Assembly: GCA_951406725.2 (NCBI GenBank)
Contig: OX597830.1
Coordinates: 39,184,001-39,248,000, forward strand
Direction of reading: 5' to 3'
DNA length: 64,000 nt
Source: Octopus vulgaris
Lineage: Eukaryota
Of the stretch, positions 1 to 12,177 are shown piece by piece. Positions within the stretch are counted from its first letter, which is position 1; the number at the start of each line of letters is the position of its first letter. The position numbers were made by a program, and so were the translations under genes. The notes under the pieces were generated by a model. That model searched no databases. It saw nothing but the letters and a program-made list of their open reading frames with translations, and was not told the DNA's origin.

Positions 1-67
1 TTACAAACAATGTTATCAATATTTAAAACTGGCAAGATGGCTGATAGATGCTAAACAATAAGATCCC

Positions 68-287
68 TACGTGGGGATGCTGAAAAGTTCTCATTTTTGG
101 GTAAAAGAAATAGAGGAGGATCAGTTAATTATGATTTTATTCAACATATTTCCCTCTCAGATTCACATAGTTATTGTAACAGTCCTTCTGTGTTTCTTAG
201 TCCTGTAACAAAACTCACAAGTTTGGGCCTCCAACCAGGCCATTCGCGATATTCTTAAAGCCAGGAAATTTTCGTAATCAATTCGTA
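68..287. mobile_element. Mariner-derived MITE (degenerate)
   Basis: Ends TACGTGGGGATGCTGAAAAGTTC and CCAGGAAATTTTCGTAATCAATTCGTA form imperfect TIRs bounded by TA; no coding capacity. Confidence 0.55.
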
Positions 288-1254
288 CATGATATATAGA
301 TCCTAGCGTCAAATATAGAATATATCTAAAAACCCTGTTTCAAAATAAAATAATAATTATATGTGTAATAGTTGCTATACGATAAGAAGTAAGGATCTGG
401 AGGAACAAGACAGCGGGTTAGTTGGTTGTTGCTGTTCAGTGCCAGATCAGAGGTTATTAAGCAGTTCTATGATTACTGAAACTTCCACTGAGTTTAATCT
501 GTATTTTTAGAAATATGTAGTACTTCATTCTATATCTAAGGCAGTGGGGTAAGATTTGAAAGATATCTTTTCTATTTCAGGCAGATTGAGTTACAACTTA
601 CAAACTCATCCTTTTTAGGATTTCGCTTTGTTATTCTTACCAGGTCCATGTTACCCCCGACCCAGTAGACCTATGAGGTTACACATTCTGGTCTTGACAA
701 TCCCGCTTTTAGTATATTTAGGAATATATTGTCCAGAAAGTATGGTGTGACTTTTTTTTAATTACGAAGTTTGGCTACTATTTTATCAGGTTATTTAGGT
801 TTAGTTTCTGATTCTTATTCGGAACCATTTCTTTTGCCTATGATTTTAAAGAATTACTTCGAGTAAACTATAACCCACCCGACTTCGTATGTTCTGCTGA
901 ACCATAAAAAAAAATTAGTAGTTCTCCTTCATGAAATGAAACCAATAGTCTTGCAATGAAAACCGTTAACATCGCTTCAAATGATGGGACACTTATAATA
1001 ATATTTTGTGACTAAAGATACAAACCGGTTAGCATGAAGTCTACTATAGCTTTCAGCTTACTTAAAACAATTTGTGAAACAATGAATTGTTGATCAATTA
1101 AGTTCTGAAATGGAAGCCCAAGTACGATAAACCATGAGCAACTTCCAAAGTTTGAGCGACACCCTAAGGGAAAACAATGGACTCGGTAATGATGATGCAA
1201 TTATAAGGACGCTGTTTAGGAAGCGAATATTCAAAGTATAGGTATTAGATAAGG

Positions 1255-1256
<2 letters not shown>

Positions 1257-1318
<62 letters not shown>
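1257..1318. repeat. (TTA)n microsatellite
   Basis: Direct reading. Confidence 0.95.
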
Positions 1319-1324
1319 GGTAGA

Positions 1325-1665
1325 GCGGCGAGCTGGCAGAAACGTTAGCACGCCCGGCGAAATGCTTAGCGGAATTTCGTCTTCCGTTACGTTCTGAAAT
1401 CAAATTCCGTCTACTTTGACTTTCATCATTTCAGGGGTGATAAATTAAGTACTAGTTACGCACTGGGGTCGATGTCATCGACATAATCACTTTGTCTGTC
1501 CTTGTTTGTCCCCCTTATGGACAATAAAGAAATAAGAATCGTGAGCCCGCCGACCGAAATACTTAGCGGCATTTCAACCATCTTTATGTTCTGAGTTCAT
1601 ATGCCGCCAAGGTTGACTTTGCCTTTCACCCTTTCGAGGTTGGTGTAATCGACAAACCACTTTCA
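1325..1665 (+). mobile_element. tRNA-derived SINE family 1 (full copy plus partial second copy)
   Basis: GGCGAGCTGGCAGAAACGTTAGC head, degenerate B box, CTTTCATC..GGGG..GATAAATTAAGTAC core; similar to copies at 12178 and 13010. Confidence 0.85.
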
Positions 1666-1667
1666 TC

Positions 1668-1710
1668 ATATATATATATATATATATATCTATATCTATC
1701 TATATCTATA

Positions 1711-1756
<46 letters not shown>

Positions 1757-1778
1757 CATACATACATACATACATACA

Positions 1779-1811
<33 letters not shown>

Positions 1812-1812
1812 G
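1668..1812. repeat. (TA)n/(TATC)n/(TACA)n compound microsatellite
   Basis: Direct reading. Confidence 0.95.
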
Positions 1813-2884
1813 TCTATTATAGTATTCTTGGTAAATGTGTGTAGTATATTTCGACCTCTACATCCGATGTGAGATATCAGTCATGCCTGTTTTATTCCGA
1901 TTTTAAACAGCCCTTGTAATTTTCGTCAATTAATTGAATGCATAATATCAATTGATTGAAGCATTGAATTCACTTTATTGAACATGTGATATTATGCCGT
2001 ATTTATCTTAAACAGAGTTTCAACACAATGCCTGCAATGGCATAGATGTAACTTGTAAGTCAATCGCCTATTATCGTATTTACTTGTCCGTCTCGATTGA
2101 TGAGGAAGCAACAGAATAAAACCGCCATTTTAGGATTATTGAATATTGTCTAAAGATTCGTATCAAAACATTAATACAATCGATCTTATTATGTAGGATA
2201 GCAACATAAATATCCCCAGAAGAGTAATAGTTACATGGAATAGTTTCTGTGAAAATGTAATCTTTGATATCAAACAATTGATATTATATTACCATAGAAA
2301 CCATTTTATATCATTCTCTTATATCACTGCCATCTTCCATTCCTGTATCGGGATACATTATCGTGTCAGGTCTTGTTTGGTTAAGTATGTCATGATATCG
2401 ACTTTGATCATAACTGTTGTAACATTAACTATCAAACTGAAGTTCAGAAATAAATTCCAGATTCCATGCTTTCTACATTCAATTAGACGTTGCTCAGTTA
2501 TCAGAATGGAATGCGAGTAGAATGCTATAATTCCCCAAAGCATGATTCACTAAATGAAATATCCAGTACTTTGAAGTTGAATATACACTTCCTAAAGAAT
2601 TTTAAGCCTAGCTATCCACTTAAGATTCTTGCTTTGATAATATTCTTTTCTGTCGTTATGGAAACTTTAGAAAGCATAGTTTATCAAATCCAGAGAGATG
2701 AGACTGGTTCCATTTTCAATCCCATTATGCGTTAATTTGGACTAGTGCATTTTCCTGCAGACACGGGTAGACATAGATTGACCAATGAATTGTAAGTAAT
2801 TTAGTGTACAGTTGTTGAAGCATCCATAACGCATACCGTGTGCGTATATCTATACATACTTATATATGTAGAGAGAGAGAGAGA

Positions 2885-3150
2885 AGACGCTATGACCTAG
2901 TGGCGAGGCTGTTGCACTCATGATCGCTACGTCGTGTGTTCGATTCCCTGACTGATGGACACGTCGTGTTCTAGAGCAAAGCGCTTCATTTCACATTGGT
3001 CCGGTTTCCTTTTCGATCAGAGAGGGAGAATGTTGGCCTGCTCTCCTAGCCATCGGGTTGGTGTCATTTGCAGGCTAAAACAAAGCAAAATATGCATTGT
3101 GACCAGCGATGTGTAATAGCATCTGATAACCTGGTTGGTCAGGTGTGAAT
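2885..3150 (+). mobile_element. tRNA-derived SINE family 3 (degenerate)
   Basis: TGACCTAGTGG A box, GTTCGATTCCC B box, GAGCAAAGCGCTTCATTTCAC core; related head at 32460. Confidence 0.65.
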
Positions 3151-3212
3151 GTGATATATAGAAATAGATAGATACATACATAATGTGCATATGTGTGTTA
3201 ATATAAACACAC

Positions 3213-3264
<52 letters not shown>

Positions 3265-3298
3265 CATCAAAATAAGCAACAAGTATATCCGAGGTAAC

Positions 3299-3380
3299 GT
3301 AGTACGATCGTTTCATGCTACTTCATTTTATTAAACACAGTATTACATCAGTTTTAAAATGTCGAGCAATCTTCAGCCAC
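3299..3380 (-). ncRNA. Minimal type I hammerhead-like motif (Penelope-associated)
   Basis: Minus strand: GTGG-CTGAAGA-TTGCT..long loop..AGCAT-GAAA-CGATCG-TA-CTAC; palindromic stem III ACGATCGT; 4-bp stem I. Confidence 0.55.
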
Positions 3381-4140
3381 TTATAGAAATGTTCCAATCA
3401 AACGGACAATGCACATTCTTATCTCTGTTTCGTTTGCCAACATTATAAAGAGGGTAGATATACAGGCAGAGAGGTTGATTTCATTCTTAAGAACATCATA
3501 GTATTAAATTTACTTTCTGACTGTAGATTTTTTCACTTTGTTATTTAGATGAGTTAATGGGGAGGGGGTTTCTAGTTTTGGTTGGATGGAGACAAAGAAT
3601 TTTTTCTATTTATAGATATAGGAAAGGTTAGAAACAAATGTCAAAACCAATAAACCTATTCCTATTTTGAGGAACCCAGCCCAGATACATTTGAATGTAC
3701 AAAGCAAAAAGCTAGAATGTTGAAGTTAGAGGGGTAGGGGAAGGTAGACTATTAGTGTTCCAGCGGTTTTAATGCCTACTACCATTTGACATTTAGATTC
3801 TATATTAAGAAATTTAAGTAAATATTCCTTAGACAATTTCTAAATGATTTCAGTAAGCATTAGTATCTTATATATGGATAGAAAATATAGAAATCATTTC
3901 ATATTTATATAAACATATATATATATCTGAGGTATACTTGCCATCTCAATATGGCTAACCACTAAGGGTGGGTGTTACTGTAGCTTGTAGCCCCAGGAGA
4001 ACATCGTCTCCAGCTGGCTTTAGGCGCACTTTCTGTGTAATAGCATCTGATAACCTGGTTGGTCAGGTGTGAATGTGATATATAGAAATAGATAGATAGA
4101 TACATACATAATGTGCATATGTGTGTTAATATAAACACAC

Positions 4141-4208
<68 letters not shown>

Positions 4209-4302
4209 TCAAAATAAGCAACAAGTATATCCGAGGTAATGTAGTACGATCTTATGGTATTTGCAAAAGGAGGTCACCCTTCCCTCGTCAACCTAAGTGA
4301 TA

Positions 4303-4347
4303 CGCACGGACTGCAGTTTCTAGGTTTTGACATGTCATCAGCGTACG
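4303..4347 (-). ncRNA. Minimal type I hammerhead-like motif
   Basis: Minus strand: CGTACG-CTGATGA-CATGTCAAAACCTA-GAAA-CTGCAG-TC-CGTGCG; intact core, 6-bp stem I, palindromic stem III, weakened stem II. Confidence 0.6.
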
Positions 4348-4556
4348 ACAATCACCGGTTTTCGATGAAAAAGTGTTCCAATGCAAATACTTATATCGTT
4401 TTTCCAGTAACGTTTCGTCACTGATCTCGAAAAACTGTATGCAAGCAATAATAAATCTCTGAACGCGGTATAAACAGTAACTGCACGACAATGTGAGGTA
4501 TACTTGCCATCTCAATATGGCTAACCACTAAGGGTGGGTGTTGCTGTAGCTTGTAA

Positions 4557-5015
4557 TCCATTTCCATTAATATATAATCATAATTAGCTAGTAAGTGGTG
4601 ATAATTTCAATGAGTTGAATTAAAAGAAAATGTTAGACATAATATTTAATAACCGTGGAAAAAACATTACTAATTTAGTACATATATCAGGAGTCAAAAA
4701 GATATATTAAAAAATAATGGAAGGGAAGTAGTCAAGATGAACCAAGTAATTTCTCTAGATATATAGAATTATTTGCGATTAATTTATATTTATATATCCC
4801 CATTTCCATTAATATAGAATCCTAATTAGCTAGTAAATGGTGATTTATTTTATTCATGAGTCGAATTAAAAGAATATGTTAGACATAATATTTACTACCC
4901 GTGGAGAAAAACTTTATCAATTAAGTAAATATATCAGGAGTCAATAATATATATTAGAAAGTAATGGAAGGGAGGTAATCAAGATGAATCAAATAATTTC
5001 CCTAGATATATAGCA
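4557..5015. repeat. Diverged ~240-bp tandem duplication, possibly within a Penelope-like relic
   Basis: 4557-4775 and 4798-5015 align (TCCATTTCCATTAATATA..GGAAGGGA..CAAGATGAA..CTAGATATATAG); minus strand reads REITWFI, like the PLE RNIIWFNPP motif. Confidence 0.75.
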
Positions 5016-5394
5016 TTTTTTCTTTCCAATATAGGAGAGTATCAGAAAAAAAAAAGAAATTCTAATTTCATATATTCAGATTTATATATATAATGAAATT
5101 TAATGAAAGCTAGTATGGTATATACATTTTTATTTGGTTATAAAATATTAGGAATTGAAAATTTAGGAATGGTCAGAATGTTATTATTTAAAATATTTAA
5201 ACGTACGGGTAGCACAATGTATACAAGATATTATCAGTTCGGACCGGTTATTCAATAAGTTTATATTATTCCTATGTTTCAAAATTTCATATGTCTCCAT
5301 AGAACAAAGTTAGTTATTAACTGGTTTTCTCAGTCGGTCCAAGGATCGGTTGAAAAAAAATTGAACGACCTACCCTCATCAGAGGGATTGTGAT

Positions 5395-5585
5395 CTGGTG
5401 AGAAACAAGCAGTGAGAGAGAGAGAGAGAATGGGACAGAGAGAGAATGGGAGAGAGAGAAAATGAGAGAAAATGGGAGAGAGAGAGAATGAAGGAGAATG
5501 GGAGAGAGAGAGACAGGAAGACATAGACATGGAGAGAGAGAAACAAGGAGAGGAAGAAGGGAGGGAGAGAGTGTAAGAGATTCTC
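5395..5585. repeat. (GA)-rich low-complexity tract
   Basis: Direct reading; source of the L/S-rich ORFs. Confidence 0.9.
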
Positions 5586-5759
5586 TACGACATTCACGAC
5601 TCGCTAGCAAATTGTGCGTAAGTAAATTGTCTACGCTGTAACGGTAGAAACACCCAAAACGGAATTACCACTGCTGGAACGTCTATCATCAGTAATCAGC
5701 ACGATCAAGGCAAGCCTAGGGCTAAATAACAAGACAAATCAAGGAATTAAGATGATATT

Positions 5760-6720
5760 AGGAACGTGACAAAATGTGCTTCTTTCTTCTCCAACTATCA
5801 TTAATGACTTAATTTATGCAAGATCTTCATAAATTACAGATATGATATTCCCTGACTGTCGCACCTCGTATCACTTTTTAGCGTGGTCATAAATGGGACT
5901 GAAGTAGGACATTACGTCACCATACAGATGCAAGGTTTACTGGCTACATCCGAACATTCTACTTGTTATTATCATTAATAGATATTTTCTCCAGCAGACG
6001 TGAATTTGGCAATTCATGAATGTAAACAATAGCTTGGAATTTGCGTATTTTTATCAAGTTCCCTAGCATTGTAGTTATGATGTTATAGTGGCTTTTCGAA
6101 TCCATTCATTTTACACTCTCGCTTCATCTTAAGTATGTGAACAAACAGCTTTGAGGGCCAAATTCCTCAGTAGCATCCGATATTAAATAAGCAGTAGTCT
6201 ACATAAAAGAGACAGTTCGGTTTGACAATTATGAAAATTAAGACGGTGACGATGATGACGACAATGAGAACGATGACGTCAATGGCAATGACGACAACTC
6301 CCATCATGGTAATGATGATGATGATGATGATGATAATGATGATGATGATGATGATGACTACGACGACGACGATATCAAAATCATCATCATCATTGCATAT
6401 TGGTTTTTCCTAACAACCATTGGTATATCATTTACTTTCTGCATATTGAAGGCTGGTGGATATTTGGCTCAATAGAGAAGTTACATTTTGACGTAGCCAA
6501 GTAATAATTATATTAATTGGATTCTAGCTGCCTACTTGCCATAAACAAAAACAGTTTTGTTTTCTTTATTTTTGTAATTAGTGTCTCCTTCCAAACGACA
6601 AACACTAGCAAAGACCATCATTATAAGCATATAAGTTTTCTCTATGGTTCTGGAATTACTTTATTCCACACAACTTTAACCCTATACTTTGTAAAAATGT
6701 TCTGAAATGGAATAGTGACG
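5760..6720 (+). pseudogene. Decayed Cys-loop receptor-like gene interrupted by (GAT)n
   Basis: One frame gives MIFPD..KVYWLHP..RYFLQQT* (TGA where Cys is expected); after the repeat CILVF/LTTIGISFYF..GSIEKLHFDV (TM1-TM2-like) and hydrophobic ORF 6517-6705. Confidence 0.4.
6245..6392. repeat. (GAT/GAC)n microsatellite
   Basis: Direct reading. Confidence 0.9.
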
Positions 6721-7049
6721 CCGTCAAATGTCTCTGCTGTGTATGTGTGTGTGTGTGTTTGCTTTCTTTTTGTTTTGCTTTTGTTATTTTGTTTTTTGCT
6801 TCTCTTACGACTGAAGTTAACTATGTTCGGTGCTGAAATAAGTGTCTAATAAATACATCTTTATCTCTCTTAAGTTTCCCTGCTTGCATTTTTATAGTGA
6901 ATATAGCATATAAATTGTATATATTTCATATAAAAACAAGATTTCTGTATATAAATATGCATGAGTATATAATGAAGCCTTATAAATTCATATTGGCATA
7001 AAATATGTATCCGGGATAATGGATATATATAAATACTAATTCCTATACT

Positions 7050-7238
7050 GGAATCTCTTTCTCCCTCTCCATCTTTATTTGTGTCTCCCTATCTTTGTGT
7101 CTCCCCTTCCTCTCCCTCTCTCTCCCTCTCTGTACCTTTCCCCCTATCCCGCTTTCTCATTCCTTCTCACTCTCTTTTTGTTTACATACCCAGGAAGACG
7201 TCGGTTTGTGTCCCATCAGTTCTGATTTCTTTAATAAT

Positions 7239-7310
<72 letters not shown>

Positions 7311-7398
7311 TGTGTGTGTGTATGTATATATATGTATATATATTTATTTATGTATATATATGTGTATATATGTGTGTGTATGTATATATGTATACACA

Positions 7399-7451
<53 letters not shown>

Positions 7452-7480
7452 ATATGTATGTATGTATTTATGTATGAAAG
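7050..7480. repeat. (CT)-rich tract plus (TG)n/(TA)n/(TATG)n microsatellites
   Basis: Direct reading. Confidence 0.9.
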
Positions 7481-8333
7481 TATATATTCATTTCATAGCT
7501 ACTGTTCCGCATTTATTTTCGATAATAGAAAAGCAACCACAGAGACGCGTATCTGTTTACATATGGCTCTTGTATATACCAGTATTCAGACAGGCAAGAT
7601 ACTACGGCTTTCATCCGAGATAAAACTCTTGTATATGTGCTCTGCTAAAAGCACAACGCATATCAGAGTGAGACAAAAAATCAGCCATGTTTTGTTTTTA
7701 TACAAGCCGGCGGCTATTAGCCATATCAGTGGAGGTATTATTCAGTGTTCTCAATATATATGAGGCAACAAATTTCGTCTAGGCACGTGCATGAGATTAC
7801 ATATCCTTGACAAGCTCCCCCTACTCCACCTCAAAATGCAGCTTGTATATGGTGCTCGACACCGTAGAAAACAGAATAACAAATTCTTCTCTCATCGATT
7901 CACGCTTATTATTTATATGTTAAAATTTCTATCATTATTCACATGTTTTGTACTATGAAAATCTCTGTTAATTTATATAAAATTTAAAACATATTCTAAT
8001 CTTATAAATGTAACAGTCCTGTTTAAGGAATCTAGGGAGCATTAAATCCTTGAATAGCTTAGATACTCATAGTGACCACTCTTAGCAAATACTGATTCGA
8101 CACTCATAGTGACCGCCCCTCGCAAATACTAAACGGACACAGAATGTGTGCCGTTAGCCAGCTGGAGGAGATGTTATCCTGGGGCTAAAAATATCATTAG
8201 CGCTGTCCTGTATAATACGCCACACTTAGTTGGGAAATATATGTTACGGTATATACATACACACACATACTCGAGTGTATATATATATGTGTGTGTATAC
8301 ATACATACATACATACATACATACATACATACA

Positions 8334-8369
<36 letters not shown>

Positions 8370-8569
8370 GGGAGACTTCACGAAAAAGACACAAGACGAA
8401 GACAGGTGGTGTAGAAAACAAACAGTTGTATTAATATAATGTTCGGGAATTGAAAAAGTATTTTACGTTTCGAGCCTACGGTCTTCCACAGAAAGGAACA
8501 CAAGAAGAAACAAGGAGAGAAAAAAATGTGTGTAGTTGCTACCGATCTATCATGGCGATATATATAGAT

Positions 8570-9070
8570 TCAGATTAATATGGTACTTAAGTTGAAGGCA
8601 CCAGAATTTAGTATGGTATTATCCATACAATTTAAAATAGGGTGATTATGATCAAAATAAGCCACAAGGATATCCAGAGGTAATGCAGTACCATCGTTTC
8701 ATGCGACTCCATTTAATTGAACAATACAAACATTACATCAATTTAAGATGTAGAGCAATCTTCAGCTGCACAAAAATATAGAATTGAATTAAATTCGAAG
8801 GACTCATTAGTATAATTTTATCCAAAATCACCAAGAGGATAAGGAGAGAGACAAAGAATATGTTTTACCAGCAACATTACAGTTGTAACTGAAATTTTTC
8901 TTTGTCTATCTCCTTATCCCCTTGGTGATTTTGGATAAAATTATACAAATGAGCCCTTCGAATTTAATTAAATCCTATATTTTTGTACAGCTGGGGATTG
9001 CTCTACATTTTAAATTGATGTAATATTTGTATTGTTCAATTAAATGGAGTCGTATGAAATGATTGTACAA
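8570..9070. mobile_element. Palindromic Penelope-type repeat; arms ~8688-8860 and ~8896-9068
   Basis: Arms are reverse complements (~35-bp spacer); the left arm is homologous to 3265-3380 and carries a hammerhead motif. Confidence 0.7.
8684..8770 (-). ncRNA. Minimal type I hammerhead-like motif
   Basis: TGCAG-CTGAAGA-TTGC..GCAT-GAAA-CGATGG-TA-CTGCA; perfect 5-bp stem I differing from the 3299 copy at two paired positions. Confidence 0.55.
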
Positions 9071-9249
9071 TACACTCGATTTGAATTTGAAGGATATTGG
9101 AATTGACACGCAATTGGTCAACGTGCAGAAAAATGCCATCTTGTATGTTACAAGAATCCGAAGAAAGATTATTGAGATATGAGCAGAATTTTTTTGCCAA
9201 ACCACAAAACAAGACCCATGCTAATGCCATTAGACTTTGATAATCTCTG

Positions 9250-9912
9250 AGTAGCAGTAGTAGTAGTAGTAGTAGTAGTAGCATGAGTAGATATAGTGAT
9301 GAAGTTCATTTGTTAAGGTGGTGGCGAATAGTATTGGTAACACAAGAGAGATTTCGACACATGATGGGATCAATAAGATTATGTATTGTCGAAGATGATA
9401 ATGATGTGGTTGTTTGTGAGGAGAGTAATAAGGACGATGATGTTGATGATGATAGTGGAGGGGAGTGGCGATGGTGTGTTGTGATGTGGTGGAACTTGGA
9501 GCGGTGGCAGTTGTTTTTTGTGGTACGGTGGTCCCCGTGGTGGTGTTGATAATGACGATGATGATGATAATGATGACCACGACGACGACGACGACAACGA
9601 CGATGAGGACGATGACGATGTTGACGACGACGACGACGACGACGACGATGATGACGATGATGATGATGATGATGATGATGATGATAGTGGTGGTGGTGGT
9701 GGTGCTGGTGCTGGTGCTGGTGCTGGTGCTGGTGCTGGTGCTGGTGATGTTAGTGCTGGTTGGTTTTTCGTGTCGGTGGTGATGATGTCGGCAATGAAGT
9801 ATGTTGATACTGATAACGACGGCGATAACAAGAACAACAACAACAACAGCAACAACAACAACAACAACAACCACAACAACAACAACAACAATAACAACAA
9901 CAACAACGATGA
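9250..9912. repeat. Compound trinucleotide array (TAG, GAT, GAC, GGT, GCTGGT, AAC)
   Basis: Direct reading; explains homopolymeric ORFs in all frames. Confidence 0.95.
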
Positions 9913-10119
9913 CACTTTCGGTTACTACGCTGCTTTTTCACTTAATAGGCAGGAGGAAAATATCTGATTGAGATGACACGATAGCTGCTAATTCCTTCGA
10001 TTCTAAAACAAAAATATAACTCTATTTAATATTCTCCTTTCTTTTTTTTTTTCTTTCGCATTCATTCTTTCCACTCTTTCCTTTCTTATTAATTTGCTTT
10101 GTTTTCTTTGTTTATTTGC

Positions 10120-11000
10120 AGCGCTCGGTGACTAGAGACGCTGTATTCTGTCGTATCAATTTATTATGCTACTAGACATAACGTGTGGTTTCAAACATTG
10201 TTGGTAAATAGTAGGTTACGCAAGCTGTAAATCTTCAACGCGATGATAACATTTTCTAACACTGTATATTTATGGAATATACGTCAGTACATTATAATTT
10301 CAACGTAATATTACTAAGCTTTATCTAAGCTTCTCCTTCCTTTTTCTTTTCATTACGTATACAGTTTCAAAATAAATATATATATATATATATACATTAA
10401 CGGTTTTGTTCTGATTTTTGTTCTTTTTCTTTCTCTCCAGTGTTAATGATAGAGTATTAAATAGGCAAATCTCTATATGTGTGTATGTGTGTGTGTGTTA
10501 GAATGTGCGTGTGTTAAGGCATGCATGTATATGTTTGAGAGAGAGACACAGAGAGACACACACACACAGTACGTGAATGCTGAGTGCGTGCATGTGAGTG
10601 TCCGGTAATAGACAGGCTCTGATGCTTTGTTGTTGCTATAGAAGAACCATTGAAAAAAATCTTAATGTATTTGTGCTGAATGGTTTTGAGAAATGCATCA
10701 AGGTTATGGCTTTCTATTTTGCTTGCATTCATATTTTGTATCTCTGAAGATTTCTATGTTTGCGGTAATAACCAACCGTATAACACGAAATCATCTAAAA
10801 CAAAAATGCTTAAAAGAAAACCAAGGTTTTCGTTGAAATGATTTTCTCTTCTTTTGAGCATAAGAAATGTATTCTAAGTACCAATGCGTTGTAATTTTAG
10901 AAAACAGCTCAGATGTATCTGACGTGTTCGTACAATACAGAAACTCTCACAAAGCACGTACAAACATTACATAAATGCAGAAAATTCATATTGTGGACGG
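10120..11000 (+). pseudogene. Decayed Cys-loop receptor-like fragment
   Basis: FCRINLLCY/DITCGF (Cys-loop with deletion), LWNI, FSFITYTV; after low-complexity DNA LNVFVLNGFEK and LSILLAFIFCISE (TM2-like). Confidence 0.4.
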
Positions 11001-11616
11001 CATTCAAGTAGAACGCCGAACGTGCAATAAAAAAGAAGAATATAAATAAGCACATCTTCCTCTTAGTGATTTATTACGTTTTCATTTTCCGGCATTTTAC
11101 GTTCAGTGATCAAATCTTGTTGAGGTCAGCTTTGCTTTTCATCTTTTCGTTGCTGATAAAATCATGTACTGAGACAAATTCTAAGATCGATGTAATCGAA
11201 TGGCTCCTCTCTCCCCGGGACTGGTGGCCTTATTCATATGTTCTGTATGCTGTTGTTAAAACAAAGACTAATGAATAAAAAAAACAAACATGCAGTAGAT
11301 TAACGCTAAAACTTTTTCAGCGAAGTAATACAGGCTATAAATTAAGTAGAGCGAGTAGTAAATGGAGTTAAACTTCAATTACGGATTACTAGTTTTCCTC
11401 ACTCATTAGAGGATTGAAATAATTCTTCGTGAGTCAAAAACTACTACTGACACTTCAAGTAATGAATATGAAATCAAACACTGGAAGAGATTAATGTTTT
11501 ATTTTTTTTAGATGTAAAAACGTCAGGCAGTCATGCATATTTCAAGGCACCTGAAATGCAATATAGTTGATTGTTTCAATTTTCTAAACCAAACAGCCGT
11601 ACACCATATAAACCAT

Positions 11617-11980
11617 AGGCGCAGGCGTGGCTGTGTGTTAGGAAGTTTACTTCTCAACCACAAAGTTCCGGGTGCAGTTCCACTGCAAGGCATCTTCTGC
11701 TATAACCTCGGGCCTATCAAAGCCTTCTCGGTGGATTTGACAGACGGAAACTGAAAGAAACCTATTACATACCTGTGTGCGTGTGTGTGTCTGTCCCCCC
11801 TCCACCGTCTGGCAACTGGTGTGGATGTCTTTACGACCCCGTAACTTAGCAGTCGGCAAAAGTGACCGATAGAATAAATAGCCGGCTTTGAAAAATAAGT
11901 CCTGGGTCGATTCATTCCACCACAAATTCTTTAAGGTAGTGTCGCAGCTCGGCTGCAATCTATTGACCGAAATAAGAAAC
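11617..11980 (+). mobile_element. tRNA-derived SINE family 2
   Basis: GGCGCAGGCGTGGCTGTGTG head, GGATTTG.CAGACGGAAACTGAAAGAA, internal (TG)n, CCCCGTAACTTAGC..GACCGATAGAATAA tail. Confidence 0.85.
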
Positions 11981-12177
11981 AAAACGATACAAATGCACAC
12001 ACACGCGCAAACACAAATCAAACAGTGCACACACATGCACTTACACAAACATACACAAATGATACAATTCTATATTTATGAGATGAGGAATTATGTACAT
12101 TATTTACATTATTTACATTCGACGGATATTTGTCCTCATCTTGTTTGTTGTTAACGCAACGTTTCGGCTAATATACC

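Larger units (their letters stand above)
960..2700 (-). pseudogene. Decayed Cys-loop (nAChR/chemotactile receptor-like) gene, split by a SINE and microsatellites at 1257-1812
   Basis: Collinear minus-strand motifs across stops/frameshifts: EKNIIKARILSG*, KVLDISFS/MLWGIIAF, EQRL, CYNSYDQS, DIKDYIFTETIPC, VAILH..KWRF, SYIYAIAGIVLK, KIGIKQA*LIS, HLPR, [insertion], TM3-like KPYLIPIL..LNSVLI..RVH, TM4-like AIVDFMLTGLYL. Confidence 0.55.

Noticed and set aside
2000-2300. GPCR TM6/TM7 reading (LFHVTITLLGIFMLLSYII..YDNRRL)
   Set aside because: No DRY or NPxxY motif; the Cys-loop reading explains many more collinear motifs.
7081-7763. 180- and 222-aa ORFs
   Set aside because: Translations of (CT)n/(TG)n/(TA)n repeats.
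8455-8500. Hammerhead-like motif on minus (CTGTGGA..GCTCGAAACGTA)
   Set aside because: The core deviates from CUGANGA and stems I and II are poor; at most a dead Penelope remnant.
9230-9967. Long ORFs (up to 214 aa) with poly-D/N/V/T/S and GA repeats
   Set aside because: Compound trinucleotide microsatellite that is open in several frames on both strands; no complex coding sequence.
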